This document shows, one piece after another, positions 1 through 11,878 of a DNA stretch of 64,000 bases (position 1 is its first letter; every line of letters begins with the position of its first letter). Position numbers and translations under genes: made by a program. The DNA lies in the IMG/VR virus record IMGVR_UViG_3300042914_002678; one strand, written 5' to 3'. Under the pieces are notes generated by a model that made no database searches, had not been told where the DNA came from, and saw only the letters and a list, made by a program, of their open reading frames with translations. Source of the stretch: a virus. Taxonomy: Duplodnaviria > Caudoviricetes.

Positions 1-76
1 AAGACTATTACATTTTTGACGAAGAGGATTTGCTGAACTAAATAAAACATAGAAATATTTTTGTTCATATAATCCA

Positions 77-3000
77 ATGCCTCTTAATAAGTTAGAGAAC
101 TTTATAAAGAACTATGAAGGTAGAATTCTTTATGTTAATTCAAATGATCTTGACGCAACTGATAGTATCACCAATCAGGGTAACTCTCTTACAAAACCTT
201 TTAAGACTATTCAGAGAGCACTTCTTGAGTCTGCAAGATTTTCATTTGTTGCTGGGAATAACAACGATAGGAACGATAGAACTACAATTTTAGTATATCC
301 AGGTGAGCATGTAATTGACAATAGACCTGGTTATGGCATTAAAAAAATTGGCACTGCTTTAGCACAATCTGTTGCTCCAGATGGATCGGTAACAATACCA
401 GCAAGTGACGAACTCACATTAACATTAGAATCTAATTTTGATTTAACACAAGAGGATAATATACTTTATAAATTTAATAGTGTTAATGGTGGTGTTATTC
501 TACCAAGAGGAACTTCTATTGTAGGATTAGACCTTAGAAAGACTAAAATTAGACCAAAATACGTTCCAAACCCAACAGATTCTGATGTACCATCATCTTC
601 TATATTCAGAATTACTGGTAATTGTTACTTCTGGAATTTCTCTTTCTTTGACGCAAGTGAAAGTGAACTAGTTTATACTAATAATAGAATTTTTACCAGC
701 GGTACTGGAAATCAATCAACCCCAACATTTTCTCATCATAAACTAACTTGTTTCGAATATGCGGATGGTGTCAATGTACCAACTGGATATGATATTACTG
801 ACTTGGATATGTATTATGCAAAAATTAGTAATGCCTTTAATGAAGGTTCTGGAAGACAAATTCCTGCTGCTCAAAAATTCCCATTAGCACCACAAGCTTT
901 CTCCAAAGAACGTCCAGAATGGGAAATTGTTGGTGCATTTGGATCAGATCCAATTATCATATCTAGTCTATTTTCTGGAGACTCTGCAACACCAAGTCCT
1001 ATTGTAACAGTAAATACTCTTACTGATCACGAATTAACTGCAGGAACTCCTATTAAGATTAGAGGAGCAAATGTTAAGGATTATAATATAACAACGACTG
1101 TACAAACTGTTATTGGACCAAAGAGTTTTACTTATCTTTTACCATTTGTAAGAAGCGATCTTAATGCAAATCCAAGTGGATCTGCGTCAGTTACTATTGA
1201 AACTGATACCGTAAAAGGTTCTTCACCATATATCTTTAATATTTCTTTACGTTCTGTTTATGGTATGAACGGAATGCACGCCGATGGAAGCAAGGCGTCT
1301 GGATTCCGTTCCATGGTTGTCGCACAATTCACCGCAGTTTCCCTTCAAAAAGATGACAGGGCTTTTGTAAAGTATAATCCAATTACGAGAACTTATTCGG
1401 GAATTCCGGTTACAAAAACTCTTGGGACACTTCTCTCATCTGGATCTTCGTCTACAGATAATGATACCATTTATCACTTGGATGCTGATGCAATTTATAG
1501 AACAGGATGGGAAACTTCACACATTAAATGTTCTAATGATTCTGTCATTCAGGTAGTTTCTGTTTTTGCAATTGGATTTAATAGACATTTTGTTGCAGAA
1601 TCTGGTGGTGACCAATCTATTACCAACTCTAACTCAAACTTTGGACAAATTTCTTTATCTGCAAGTGGATTTAAAAAAGAAGCATTTAGTAAAGATGATT
1701 ATGGTTATATTACTTCTATTATTACTCCAAGATCAGTTATATCTCCAGAGTCAAAAATTGATTGGATTCCAATTGATGTTGGATTAACAACTTCAGTTGG
1801 AATTTCAAGTCATTTATATCTTTTTGGATTTAATTCTCAAGATAATGTTCCACCAAATCTTATACAAGGATATCGAGTAGGTGCAAGAAAAGAAGATAAA
1901 TTATATCTTGAACTTCCTAATAGAGATATAAAATCCGCTAAAATTTTAATGACAGATACTACACTTGTATCTGGTGGTTCATCTACTGTGAGTGGAACTA
2001 ACTCTGCAGTAAAAGAATACGTAGTTGGAAGTTTAACCTCTGCACCTAATTACGATACCATTCAATTTACCACAACACATAAATTACAAAATGGCGAAAA
2101 AATAATTATTATTAGTGATACTGGAGACCTTCCAGAAAACATAACAGAAAATAAAACATATTACACAATTGTAGTAGATAATACTAGAATTAAATTAGCA
2201 TCTTCATTTACTAACGCACAAAATAATGTTTCATTAAAAATGTATGGTGGATCTCAACTGAAAATTCAAAGTAGAGTTTCTGATAGAGATGCTGGACAAT
2301 TAGGATCTCCAATTCAATTCGACCCAAATCATAATAATTGGTTTGTATATGTTGAAAGAGATAATGATATATACAGTTCTATTGCTTCTCTTGGTGTTGT
2401 AGGGTTTGAAGAACCCAGAACAGGCGTATCTTACTTCAGCAGAATTGCAGATTCTCGTAGTTTAGATGAAAAAATTTATAAGGTTAGAATTGTAATTCCA
2501 AAAGAAGCACCTAATGGTAAAGATCCACAAGACGGATTTGTAATTCAAGAATCAAGTACTACTGGAGCTATTACTGATTCTGATTTTTCATTGAGTTCAA
2601 TTGATACTAGTAATTACAATTTCCAGAGAAATTATAGATTTATTAGTACATGCACAGAATCAAGTGGAACAGTAACTGTCATTACTGAACTTCCACATAA
2701 TTTAACTCAAGGCGATAGAGTATTAATTAAAAATGTCAAGTCTTCTACTAATTTATCTGGAGTTGGAGTAACTGGTTTTAACGGTGATTTTATTGTTTCT
2801 AGTGTCCCAGATGCAAATACTTTTAGTTATTCTACAACCGATTATAATTCAATAATACATAATGTTGGTATTTTTTCTGGTCCAACATCTAGAAGCACTA
2901 CGTTACCTAGATTTGAAAGAAATGACTTACAATCTAATTTCTTTATTTACAGATCGGAAACTATTTCCCCATATATTTTCAATGTTCAAGACGGTATTTA

Positions 3001-6000
3001 TCATGCTTATGTTCTAAAATCTGATAATGCAGTACCAGATCATTTTACAGATTACAAATATAATCAAAATATCGTAGATCTTTATCCACAGCAAGATAGA
3101 GATAATTATGATGATAATCCACCATCTGCCGTAACTTTTGCAAAAAGATCTCCAATTGGAGATGTGGTAACCAATGATCTTAAGAAAAGTATTACAAGAG
3201 AAACTGTAGATTCTCTTGTCAAAAAACTTGGGGTTACTCCAATAATTCAAAGTGTATCTCCTCTAATTGCAGGTGTAACAACAGTTACAACTACTCGTGA
3301 ACATGGATTTAATGGCGTAGTTGGATTTGCTACATTAACAAGTGGAACTGGATATAATAGTGGAACATATTATAATGTTAAACTTTTAAATTCGGACGAT
3401 AGTTGGAATGGTGCAAGAGCAACAGTTGTTATTTCTGGAGTTGCAAATTCAATTACTTCTCTCAATGTAACTTCACCTGGATCTGGATATAATGATGGTG
3501 TTTCTTTGAAAGTAGATGGATTCAGTGGATCTACAATTGGAATTACAACCACGACAATTTCATATTTAAATGATAATTCTTTACAGATAACAGGACTTGG
3601 AACTGCAACTGACGGACTGTATAGAGTTATTAGAGTTCCTTCAAAGAATCAAATTGCAATTGCAAGAACAACTGGAGATCCAGCAATTAATCCAAATCAA
3701 TATGTATTTAATGTTGCACCAAGCACTCAAATAACAAGTGTTGTTTATAATTCTACTGTTGGAATTTCCACTATTACGTGTTTCTCTGCTCATGGATTAG
3801 TTGCTGGCAATAGGTTTAGAGTTTTAGATACTAATAATAATAATCTAGGAGATCATATTGTAAATGATACTGTAGGTGTAACTACCTTTACAGTTTCTGG
3901 AAGTGTTAACACAAATTCTACCAGAATTCTAAAGCATGGATTATCTTCAAATAATTTAATTTCTGATGCTGGAAGTGAAAACTTAGCAGCAAGAGGAATT
4001 TCCTTCTACGATAATGAGTCTGCTATTCTTATAACAGACATAGCAACAGATACTACATCAGGAATTGCAACTTTCCCAATTAGATTAGTCAATTCTGGTA
4101 TTTCAACTGTAACTAGATTCCCAATTGGTAGTTTCATTCAAGTTGACAATGAAATTATGAGGGTTTCAAAAAGTACCCTGACTGGTTCTGGAAACAATGA
4201 AATTACAGTTCTTCGTGGTTATTTGGGAACTCAAAAAGAAACTCACTTAGCAAATTCTTTAATTAAAAAGATTAAACCACTTGCAATTGAGTTACGCAGA
4301 CCTTCAATTTTAAGAGCATCTGGTCATACTTTTGAATATCTTGGTTATGGTCCTGGAAACTATTCAACTGGTTTACCACAAATTCAAGTTAAGACCCTGA
4401 CAGAAAGAGAAGATTTCTTATCACAATCTCAGGAAAGATCTTGTGGAAGTGTTGTTTATACTGGAATGAACAGTGATGGAGACTTCTTCATTGGAAATAC
4501 CAAATACTCTTCAGCTTCTGGTCAACAAACAACTTTTGATATTCCAATTCCAACTGTCACTGGACAAGATCCTTCAAGACTTAGTGTTGTATTTGACGAA
4601 GTTATTGTTAAGGAAAGAATTCTTGTAGAAGGTGGCAAATCAAAACAAATTCTTTCACAATTTGACGGACCAACTACATTCAACAACAATGCAATCTTGA
4701 ATGGTGAAACTAAAATTAATGGTGAAGTTATTCTATCTAATATTTTAAGACAGAATAATAATACAGATTCTACTGCTGTAAATAATGGTTCAATTGTCTC
4801 AAAAGGTGGAGTTGGAATTTTAAGAAACTTAAATGTTGGTGGTAATGTAAGTATTTCTGGAACAGCAACATTTAATGGTCAAGTTCAATTTAACACAGGT
4901 CTTGTTCCAGATTCTATAGAAGATGCTTATGTTGGTTCTTCTACTAAACCATGGGCTTCTGGTTGGTTTGGTGGAATTGGAATTTCAACAGAGGGAACTC
5001 CTGGTGGAACAGAAATTGAAGATAGGAGAATTACTGGTTGGACTGGTGATTTAGTATTGAATAGTATAGGTGCTGGAACTTCTGTCAGAATAGAAAATAC
5101 AAGTTTTTATGCAGAAAATAATGCAATTATTGCAGGTATTTTAACTGTAGGAAGAACTTCAATTACTATTGATGGATCTTCAAACACTATTGCTGTTGGA
5201 AAAACTGCTTCTATAACTTTATCACCAGCAGGATCTCTTGTATTATCTTCAATTAATGGTGCTCCTCATGAATTTGATAATGTTAAGATAACCAACACCC
5301 TTGAAACTGTAGGAATAGCAACATTCAGAAGTTCTGTTGTTGTTGATAGTCAATTAACCGCAAAATCTAATTTAAATGTAACTGGTGTAACTACGTCTTC
5401 CACTGGATTCTTCCCATTAACAGATTCTGGTGCTCCTCTTGGATCATTACCACTATCATTCTCAGAAGCATTTGTTGATAATCTAAAACTTGATGGAAAT
5501 ACATTAAGCTCTACAAACACAAATGGAAATATTACGTTCAGTGCAAATGGAACTGGTGTTGTAGAAACTGTTAATGACGTAAACTTTGGAACCTCAGGTG
5601 ATAATTCAACTTTAACTGTTGTTGGACAACTAAATGCAGACAATTTAAGATTAGATACAAATAGCATTACTTCAACAGATTCAAATGGAAATATTATTCT
5701 TGACGCAAATGGAACTGGTATTATTGATATTAATTCTCCAATTGACGTTGAAGGTCATGCTAACTTCCAGAGTACTTCTAATTTTGTAGGTGAAGTTACA
5801 GTAGAAACTGGAATTATTCCAGATACTGCAGGAGACGCAGCTTATCTTGGATCAAACGCACGACCATTCTCTTCTGCATTCATTGGAAACATTCGAATAG
5901 CAGAGGGAACAGCGGTTGGAGATGACAATACAATTACAACTTCCAGTGGTGATTTAAACATTGATGCCTTTAGTAATAATATCAATATTAAAGGAAATCT

Positions 6001-6874
6001 AAATGTTGATAATGTTGCTACTTTTAATGATAATGTTATTATTCAAGGATCTGCTAAAACATTTAGTGTAAAAGATAGTTCATCATCTAGTAAATTTAGT
6101 ATTGCTTCTGATACTGGAAATACAATAATTGAAGGAACTTTAACTCTTAATGGTGGTCTCACACTTAATGGAAAACTTGGTATAACAAATACTACAGATT
6201 CTAGTAGCTCTACAGATACTAACGCTTCATTCTATACTTCTGGTGGCGGTTCAATTGCTAAAAAACTTTTTGTCGGTGGAACTTTAGCAGCAGCAGATAG
6301 AATAACAGCAAGCAATGGTTTGACAGTAACTACTGGTGGTTTAACTGTATCTGCTGGTGGGATTGATGCCGCTGGTCAAACAGTTACGGCAACTACATTT
6401 ACTGGCAATGCTGCGTCTGCCACTATAGCTACAAATGTTTCAGGCGGCAGTGGTAGAATATTATATAATAGCGGAACTGACTCAACAACAACTTCTGGTA
6501 ATTTAACTTTTGATGGAACAAACTTAACAGTTGGTGGAGAAATTAGATCAACAAGTGATATTGTTGCATACTACAGCTCAGATGAAAGATTAAAAACAAA
6601 TATTTCATTAATTGAAAATGCACTAACAAAAGTTTCTGAGATTTCTGGTGTAACTTATAATTGGAATGATTTAGCAATAGGCAAAGATCAAAATATTCGT
6701 GAAGCAGGTGTTATTGCACAAGAAATTGAGAAAGTTTTACCAGAAGTTGTAACTGAAAGAGATAATGGTTTCCTTGCGGTTAAATATGAAAAACTTGTTC
6801 CCCTGTTAATTGAGGCAATCAAAGAACTGAACATTAAGGTTCAAGATATTGAACAAAAATTAACAGATAAATAA
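77..6874 (+). CDS. Giant tail-fibre/virion structural protein (2265 aa) with C-terminal intramolecular chaperone (peptidase S74-like) domain
   Basis: ORF track. Gly/Ser/Thr-rich beta repeats and recurring T-x-x-H-x-L/F-x-x-G motifs. C-terminus YSSDERLKTNI...YNW...GVIAQEIEKVLPEVV...VKYEKLVPLLIEAIKEL is the typical S74 chaperone signature. Late-type ACTAAATA at 37-44. Confidence 0.8.
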   Translation: MPLNKLENFIKNYEGRILYVNSNDLDATDSITNQGNSLTKPFKTIQRALLESARFSFVAGNNNDRNDRTTILVYPGEHVIDNRPGYGIKKIGTALAQSVAPDGSVTIPASDELTLTLESNFDLTQEDNILYKFNSVNGGVILPRGTSIVGLDLRKTKIRPKYVPNPTDSDVPSSSIFRITGNCYFWNFSFFDASESELVYTNNRIFTSGTGNQSTPTFSHHKLTCFEYADGVNVPTGYDITDLDMYYAKISNAFNEGSGRQIPAAQKFPLAPQAFSKERPEWEIVGAFGSDPIIISSLFSGDSATPSPIVTVNTLTDHELTAGTPIKIRGANVKDYNITTTVQTVIGPKSFTYLLPFVRSDLNANPSGSASVTIETDTVKGSSPYIFNISLRSVYGMNGMHADGSKASGFRSMVVAQFTAVSLQKDDRAFVKYNPITRTYSGIPVTKTLGTLLSSGSSSTDNDTIYHLDADAIYRTGWETSHIKCSNDSVIQVVSVFAIGFNRHFVAESGGDQSITNSNSNFGQISLSASGFKKEAFSKDDYGYITSIITPRSVISPESKIDWIPIDVGLTTSVGISSHLYLFGFNSQDNVPPNLIQGYRVGARKEDKLYLELPNRDIKSAKILMTDTTLVSGGSSTVSGTNSAVKEYVVGSLTSAPNYDTIQFTTTHKLQNGEKIIIISDTGDLPENITENKTYYTIVVDNTRIKLASSFTNAQNNVSLKMYGGSQLKIQSRVSDRDAGQLGSPIQFDPNHNNWFVYVERDNDIYSSIASLGVVGFEEPRTGVSYFSRIADSRSLDEKIYKVRIVIPKEAPNGKDPQDGFVIQESSTTGAITDSDFSLSSIDTSNYNFQRNYRFISTCTESSGTVTVITELPHNLTQGDRVLIKNVKSSTNLSGVGVTGFNGDFIVSSVPDANTFSYSTTDYNSIIHNVGIFSGPTSRSTTLPRFERNDLQSNFFIYRSETISPYIFNVQDGIYHAYVLKSDNAVPDHFTDYKYNQNIVDLYPQQDRDNYDDNPPSAVTFAKRSPIGDVVTNDLKKSITRETVDSLVKKLGVTPIIQSVSPLIAGVTTVTTTREHGFNGVVGFATLTSGTGYNSGTYYNVKLLNSDDSWNGARATVVISGVANSITSLNVTSPGSGYNDGVSLKVDGFSGSTIGITTTTISYLNDNSLQITGLGTATDGLYRVIRVPSKNQIAIARTTGDPAINPNQYVFNVAPSTQITSVVYNSTVGISTITCFSAHGLVAGNRFRVLDTNNNNLGDHIVNDTVGVTTFTVSGSVNTNSTRILKHGLSSNNLISDAGSENLAARGISFYDNESAILITDIATDTTSGIATFPIRLVNSGISTVTRFPIGSFIQVDNEIMRVSKSTLTGSGNNEITVLRGYLGTQKETHLANSLIKKIKPLAIELRRPSILRASGHTFEYLGYGPGNYSTGLPQIQVKTLTEREDFLSQSQERSCGSVVYTGMNSDGDFFIGNTKYSSASGQQTTFDIPIPTVTGQDPSRLSVVFDEVIVKERILVEGGKSKQILSQFDGPTTFNNNAILNGETKINGEVILSNILRQNNNTDSTAVNNGSIVSKGGVGILRNLNVGGNVSISGTATFNGQVQFNTGLVPDSIEDAYVGSSTKPWASGWFGGIGISTEGTPGGTEIEDRRITGWTGDLVLNSIGAGTSVRIENTSFYAENNAIIAGILTVGRTSITIDGSSNTIAVGKTASITLSPAGSLVLSSINGAPHEFDNVKITNTLETVGIATFRSSVVVDSQLTAKSNLNVTGVTTSSTGFFPLTDSGAPLGSLPLSFSEAFVDNLKLDGNTLSSTNTNGNITFSANGTGVVETVNDVNFGTSGDNSTLTVVGQLNADNLRLDTNSITSTDSNGNIILDANGTGIIDINSPIDVEGHANFQSTSNFVGEVTVETGIIPDTAGDAAYLGSNARPFSSAFIGNIRIAEGTAVGDDNTITTSSGDLNIDAFSNNINIKGNLNVDNVATFNDNVIIQGSAKTFSVKDSSSSSKFSIASDTGNTIIEGTLTLNGGLTLNGKLGITNTTDSSSSTDTNASFYTSGGGSIAKKLFVGGTLAAADRITASNGLTVTTGGLTVSAGGIDAAGQTVTATTFTGNAASATIATNVSGGSGRILYNSGTDSTTTSGNLTFDGTNLTVGGEIRSTSDIVAYYSSDERLKTNISLIENALTKVSEISGVTYNWNDLAIGKDQNIREAGVIAQEIEKVLPEVVTERDNGFLAVKYEKLVPLLIEAIKELNIKVQDIEQKLTDK

Positions 6875-6890
6875 TTAAAAACTATAGGAA

Positions 6891-9800
6891 ATGGCAAATT
6901 ATAATAAGTCATTTAATTTTAGGAATGGTGTACAAGTTGATGAAGATAATTTTTTAGTTGCTTCCACTGGATTGGTTGGAATTGGAACAACAATTCCAAG
7001 ATATGATTTAGATGTTTATGGAAATACAAATGTAGTAGGACTTATTACAAGTAAAAATTTAGTTGTTTCTGGAATAGCATCATTCACAGAAGTAATCATT
7101 GGAACTGGTATCACTATTTACGGTAATACTGGTATTATTAGTGCCACTTTTTATGGCGATGGATCAAATTTATTTGGTGTCCCAACTTCACAATGGGTTG
7201 ACGTTGACGTTGGACTTGGATTTACTAGCATATACGCTGCAGGAAATGTTGGTATTGCTACAACAAATCCTTCAAGGATTAATTCACTTCAAATTGGAGG
7301 GAGACCAGAATTAGGACAGTCTGGTGTTGGAATTAATTCAATTGGAAATATTAGAGCTTCTGGAATTATCACATCATCTTATTTTGATGGTGATGGATCT
7401 TCCTTAACAAACTTAAATGCAAGTAATATTTCTTCTGGAACCATAAGTAATTCTAGATTACCATCTAATATATTAGTTGGATTTGTATCAGCGACTAACT
7501 TTTTAAGTGGTGTTTCAACAATTGGATTTTTAACAGCAACCAATGCTTATTTGGGAGTTGCAACTGTAGGATTTTCTACAATTTCAAATCTTTACTCCGG
7601 AATTGGCACAATAGTTAACTTTAGTTCTACTTTGGTTTCTATTGGTGAAACTATAACTTCCAAAAAATCAGTAACCACTACTGGAATAGTAACAAATTTA
7701 ACTGTAGTTTCTGGAATTGTTACCTCATTAACTTCCACATTTTCAAACAGTGGTGTTGGAACTGTTGGAATTTTTACAGCAACTCACGCAAACATAGGAG
7801 TTGCTACAATCAGTACTTTGTATATTCAGTCGGGAATTACAAGTTCTTTAACATCCGAGTATGCCAACATTGGAATTGCAACTGTAGGATTTTCAACGGC
7901 GACCTATTCAAATATTGGAATATCAACTGCTTCTAAAATCAATGTTAGTAATGTTCAAATCGCAGTTTCTGGGAATACGGAAATTGACACTGTAAGTGGA
8001 GAATTAGTTTTAGATTCAAATTCTGGAACAGTAAGAATTGATGATAGATTAATTGTCACTGGCATAAGCACACTTCAAGGATCAGTAACTGTTGAAACTG
8101 GAATTGTTCCAGATGTTAAAAATGGTGCTTATCTTGGGTCTTCAGCACTACCATTTTCCGATGCTTATATTTCAAGTATTAGAATTGGATATGCTGGTGT
8201 TACTGAAATTGATACAACTAATGGTAATCTTATATTAAGTTCTCAAGAAGGATTTGTAAACGTAAGCGATAATTTTTATGTAAGTGGAATTTCTACATTA
8301 ACTGGAGAGGTAACTTTAAATACTGGAATTGTTCCAGATGTAGATTTTGATTCTTATATTGGATCTAATACAAAGTCATTCACAAATGCATATATTGGTG
8401 ATATAAGAATTGGAACAGCATCTAGTAATACAATTACAACTAGATCAAAAGAATTAATTTTAGACTCTAATTCTGGAAATACTAAGGTTAATGATAATTT
8501 AACAGTAACTGGATTTACTTCTATAACAGGAGGTGCATTAAATGTTTCAAGTGGAAACATTTATTCTAGTGGAATTATAAGTGCATTTAGTGGATTTTTA
8601 CCATTTGATAATCAAACTTCTCCGCTTGGATCTTCTACTAAAAAGTTTAGTGAAGTTTATGTTGATAACATTAATATAGGAGTTGGATCTGATAACAAAA
8701 TAGCATCAAGTAGTGGAGATATTCAATTATCACCTTCAAGTGGAGTTGTTGATCTTGTAGGACAACTAAAAGTTTCAAATGGAGCAATAATATCAGGAGT
8801 AACGACAGTTAATTCTTCATTAGTTCCAAATGTTGATATAACTTCTAACTTGGGGAGTTTAACAAAAGCATTCTCACAGTCATACTTAAATGGCATAACT
8901 GTTGGTGTTGCTGGAACGACTACAATTAGTACTCGTGGTGGTAATCTAGTATTAGATTCTAACACAGATCAAGTTATTGTCAATAACAATTTACAAGTGA
9001 TTGAAGAATTAACAGTAAATGGTTCATTTGTTGTTGAAACTCAAGGTGGATCAAACATAATCAATATTAATGCAACAGATTCTGTAATTGGAATAGGAAC
9101 AACAAATCCTTATGTTCTTTCACCAAATAGTAATTTATTAATTTATGATACTGTTACATCTCAACTTGATTTATATTCAACTTCAAGTACTGGAGAATCT
9201 GCCATACAATTTATTACTAATGGTGGAGTAGAAGGTAGATTAGGATTTAGTACTTCGGGTGATTTTACATTAAAAAGTAATGATCCTAGAGGAAATATTA
9301 GTTTTATATTAAATAATTCTGCTTTTTCCGGAATTAGTAGTGGCAATTTTTATTGGGAAAATGAGTATTATGGCAATAATTTAGCTACACTTACTTGGGA
9401 TGGAAAATTTGGCGTTAATAATGATGAACCACAGTTTACATTAGACGTTGTTGGAACTTCTTCAATTACTGACAATTCCTATTTTGGTAATAACGTTACA
9501 ATATCTGGAAATCTTATTGTTAATGGAACGGCAACATTTTCTTCGGGAATTACTTTAACAAATGATAGTTTACCAAATATAATTACTAAAAACATTAATG
9601 TAACAAGTGGTGTTTCTACTTTTAATACAATTCATTCAAATATCATTGGAATTGGAACAACTACAACTGGATTATTATTAAATTTAATAGATATAGATGC
9701 TAAAAATTCAAAAGCTTTATTCCAATCAATTGGTATAGGAACAACAGGTATAACAGAAAATACTTACAGTGATGTTGGATTATTAATATCAGGTAAAATG

Positions 9801-10175
9801 ATTGTTGATTCTAGTTCATATATTGGAATTGGAACAACCACAAAATTCTATCCTGGCGGAGATCCTGAATTTATTACTCCATCTGGATTAGAAGGTGATA
9901 TTCAAATCTTTGATCATGGTGTAGATTTATATAATACTTATGTAAATATATACAAACAATCTTCAGTAGGATTTAATACAGATCTTCCGAGAGGTGTATT
10001 AGATTTTGGATATGCCGATGATACTGCTAATTTTTATCCAGTTGTAATTCTACCAAATATAAATGATACTGCAAGAAATGGTATTGGAGATACAGCAACT
10101 GGAGCAGTAATTTTTAACACTAGTTCAAATACATTCCAAGGATGGACTGGTAGTGCTTGGGTAAACTTTCACTAA
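6891..10175 (+). CDS. Long tail-fibre-like structural protein (1094 aa)
   Basis: ORF track. GIGTT motifs, GIATVGFST-like repeats and repeated TGIVPD...YLGS...F...YI units. Late-type GATAAATA at 6866-6873. Confidence 0.7.
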   Translation: MANYNKSFNFRNGVQVDEDNFLVASTGLVGIGTTIPRYDLDVYGNTNVVGLITSKNLVVSGIASFTEVIIGTGITIYGNTGIISATFYGDGSNLFGVPTSQWVDVDVGLGFTSIYAAGNVGIATTNPSRINSLQIGGRPELGQSGVGINSIGNIRASGIITSSYFDGDGSSLTNLNASNISSGTISNSRLPSNILVGFVSATNFLSGVSTIGFLTATNAYLGVATVGFSTISNLYSGIGTIVNFSSTLVSIGETITSKKSVTTTGIVTNLTVVSGIVTSLTSTFSNSGVGTVGIFTATHANIGVATISTLYIQSGITSSLTSEYANIGIATVGFSTATYSNIGISTASKINVSNVQIAVSGNTEIDTVSGELVLDSNSGTVRIDDRLIVTGISTLQGSVTVETGIVPDVKNGAYLGSSALPFSDAYISSIRIGYAGVTEIDTTNGNLILSSQEGFVNVSDNFYVSGISTLTGEVTLNTGIVPDVDFDSYIGSNTKSFTNAYIGDIRIGTASSNTITTRSKELILDSNSGNTKVNDNLTVTGFTSITGGALNVSSGNIYSSGIISAFSGFLPFDNQTSPLGSSTKKFSEVYVDNINIGVGSDNKIASSSGDIQLSPSSGVVDLVGQLKVSNGAIISGVTTVNSSLVPNVDITSNLGSLTKAFSQSYLNGITVGVAGTTTISTRGGNLVLDSNTDQVIVNNNLQVIEELTVNGSFVVETQGGSNIININATDSVIGIGTTNPYVLSPNSNLLIYDTVTSQLDLYSTSSTGESAIQFITNGGVEGRLGFSTSGDFTLKSNDPRGNISFILNNSAFSGISSGNFYWENEYYGNNLATLTWDGKFGVNNDEPQFTLDVVGTSSITDNSYFGNNVTISGNLIVNGTATFSSGITLTNDSLPNIITKNINVTSGVSTFNTIHSNIIGIGTTTTGLLLNLIDIDAKNSKALFQSIGIGTTGITENTYSDVGLLISGKMIVDSSSYIGIGTTTKFYPGGDPEFITPSGLEGDIQIFDHGVDLYNTYVNIYKQSSVGFNTDLPRGVLDFGYADDTANFYPVVILPNINDTARNGIGDTATGAVIFNTSSNTFQGWTGSAWVNFH

Positions 10176-10185
10176 TTAATCCATT

Positions 10186-11847
10186 ATGGCACATCAAACT
10201 GCTCTAGCACCTCTCTTCACGTCTGGTGAAATTAAATTTAGTAAAATTAGAGATAGTTTTGGATTTTCAAGTGGAGAATTAAGAGCTTCTAATTTTATTA
10301 GAGATACTGACGTTAATAATACAAATCCAAAAATACCAGATGCTACTGAAAATTCAAATATTCCAACTAGTTCTACATCTCAATGGAAAGCATCCTATTT
10401 TAGGAATACTCTTAAAAATTATGAAGTTATTCAATATGACACTGATACAAATCTTTCACTTTCTAGCGTTGGTTCTTGGAATTCAAATCTAGGTAAAAAT
10501 ATTCAAAAAATTTATAATATAGGTGGAAGAATTAATGGAACAACTTCTAATGGATATGCATTAACTCTAGATGGAACTACTTATAATCTAACAGTTGAAG
10601 TCAGGGGTTATGTTCTTGGATATGGTGGTGCTGGAGGTGTTAGAGGAGCTTCTGGAGTCACAGAAACTGTTAGTTCTAATGTAAGTGCTAATATTAACAT
10701 ATTTGATAATGACAGAGACAATGAAATTGTAAATTTACAGACAAGTGGAACTGGTACTGCAACAGTGCAGATGTATGCAGGAATGAGAGATTATAGCAAC
10801 GGTGATAAAAGACCATGGAGATATATTTATTTTGGAGATGATAATGGTGTTCAATCAGTTTATGTAGATCCTGGACCATCAGGTTCATCTTCAAATAGAG
10901 AACAAGATTTTTATATTAATCTTGCAGTGACGGCAAACCGATCATATAGTATTAATGTTACAAATTTACAAAAAGCACTTTCTTGGTTTACAGACTATGG
11001 AAAAAGTAGTACTGCTATTCCAGATGGAACAGTTGTTAGTGGATTTTCTATGAGAGATGCTGATAATAATATTTGTAGAGGTCAGGTTAAAATAAATGGT
11101 ATAACTCAAGGGTCCTATTCAAGAGAACGCCTAGGAACAAATGGTGAAGATGGTGGTCATGCTATAAGTGTTCTTTCTTCTGGATCCAAAATTAAAATAG
11201 TTGAACTATCTGGAGGGAATAGAATTCGTGGTGGTGGAGGTGGTGGAGGTGCTGGAAAAGATGGAGTTGCTGGTACTGGTGGTCTCTGCGATACATATGA
11301 TGAAGCTGTAAATAATAGAACTTCTACTACACGTTGTAGAGCAAGTAATATGGATTCTGCTAGAGCAAAAGAAATTTGTAGTGGATTAGGATATTCGTCA
11401 TCTAGTAGAGATAATAGTAGTAAATGTTGTGAAAGAGACCCAGAGTATATAACAGTTTGTCTTAGACGGAACGCAAAAGGAGTATGTAAACAACCAGAGA
11501 TAAGACCAGGACCATGTATAAAATGGATTACATACGTATATTGTTGGAATAACTATACAAGTAGTGGTGGTGCAGCAGGATTAGGTGGTAATGGTGGGCA
11601 TGGCAGGGGATCCAATTGGAATCAACTTGATGGATCAACAGATAAACCTATTACAGCACCAGATTATGGTGCTATGGCTGGACCAACAAGAGGTGGTGCT
11701 GGTGGTGGTTGCGGAGCAACAAGTGGAACTGATGGTGTTAAAGGTGGTGATGGTGGTCCTTGGAATACAGCAGGACAAAGTGTTTCAGGTGCAGGGTCAG
11801 GTGGTACAGCAGGAATCAAAATATCCGGAACCAACTGGACTTATTGA
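10186..11847 (+). CDS. Glycine-rich tail-tip/adhesin-like protein with a Cys-rich C-terminal segment
   Basis: ORF track. Gly runs (GYGGAGG, RGGGGGGGAG, GGAAGLGGNGG) resemble the glycine-rich motifs of T-even gp38-type adhesins. It follows two fibre genes. Confidence 0.5.
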   Translation: MAHQTALAPLFTSGEIKFSKIRDSFGFSSGELRASNFIRDTDVNNTNPKIPDATENSNIPTSSTSQWKASYFRNTLKNYEVIQYDTDTNLSLSSVGSWNSNLGKNIQKIYNIGGRINGTTSNGYALTLDGTTYNLTVEVRGYVLGYGGAGGVRGASGVTETVSSNVSANINIFDNDRDNEIVNLQTSGTGTATVQMYAGMRDYSNGDKRPWRYIYFGDDNGVQSVYVDPGPSGSSSNREQDFYINLAVTANRSYSINVTNLQKALSWFTDYGKSSTAIPDGTVVSGFSMRDADNNICRGQVKINGITQGSYSRERLGTNGEDGGHAISVLSSGSKIKIVELSGGNRIRGGGGGGGAGKDGVAGTGGLCDTYDEAVNNRTSTTRCRASNMDSARAKEICSGLGYSSSSRDNSSKCCERDPEYITVCLRRNAKGVCKQPEIRPGPCIKWITYVYCWNNYTSSGGAAGLGGNGGHGRGSNWNQLDGSTDKPITAPDYGAMAGPTRGGAGGGCGATSGTDGVKGGDGGPWNTAGQSVSGAGSGGTAGIKISGTNWTY

Positions 11848-11878
11848 AAATAAATAAATTTGAATTATATTTAATAAT

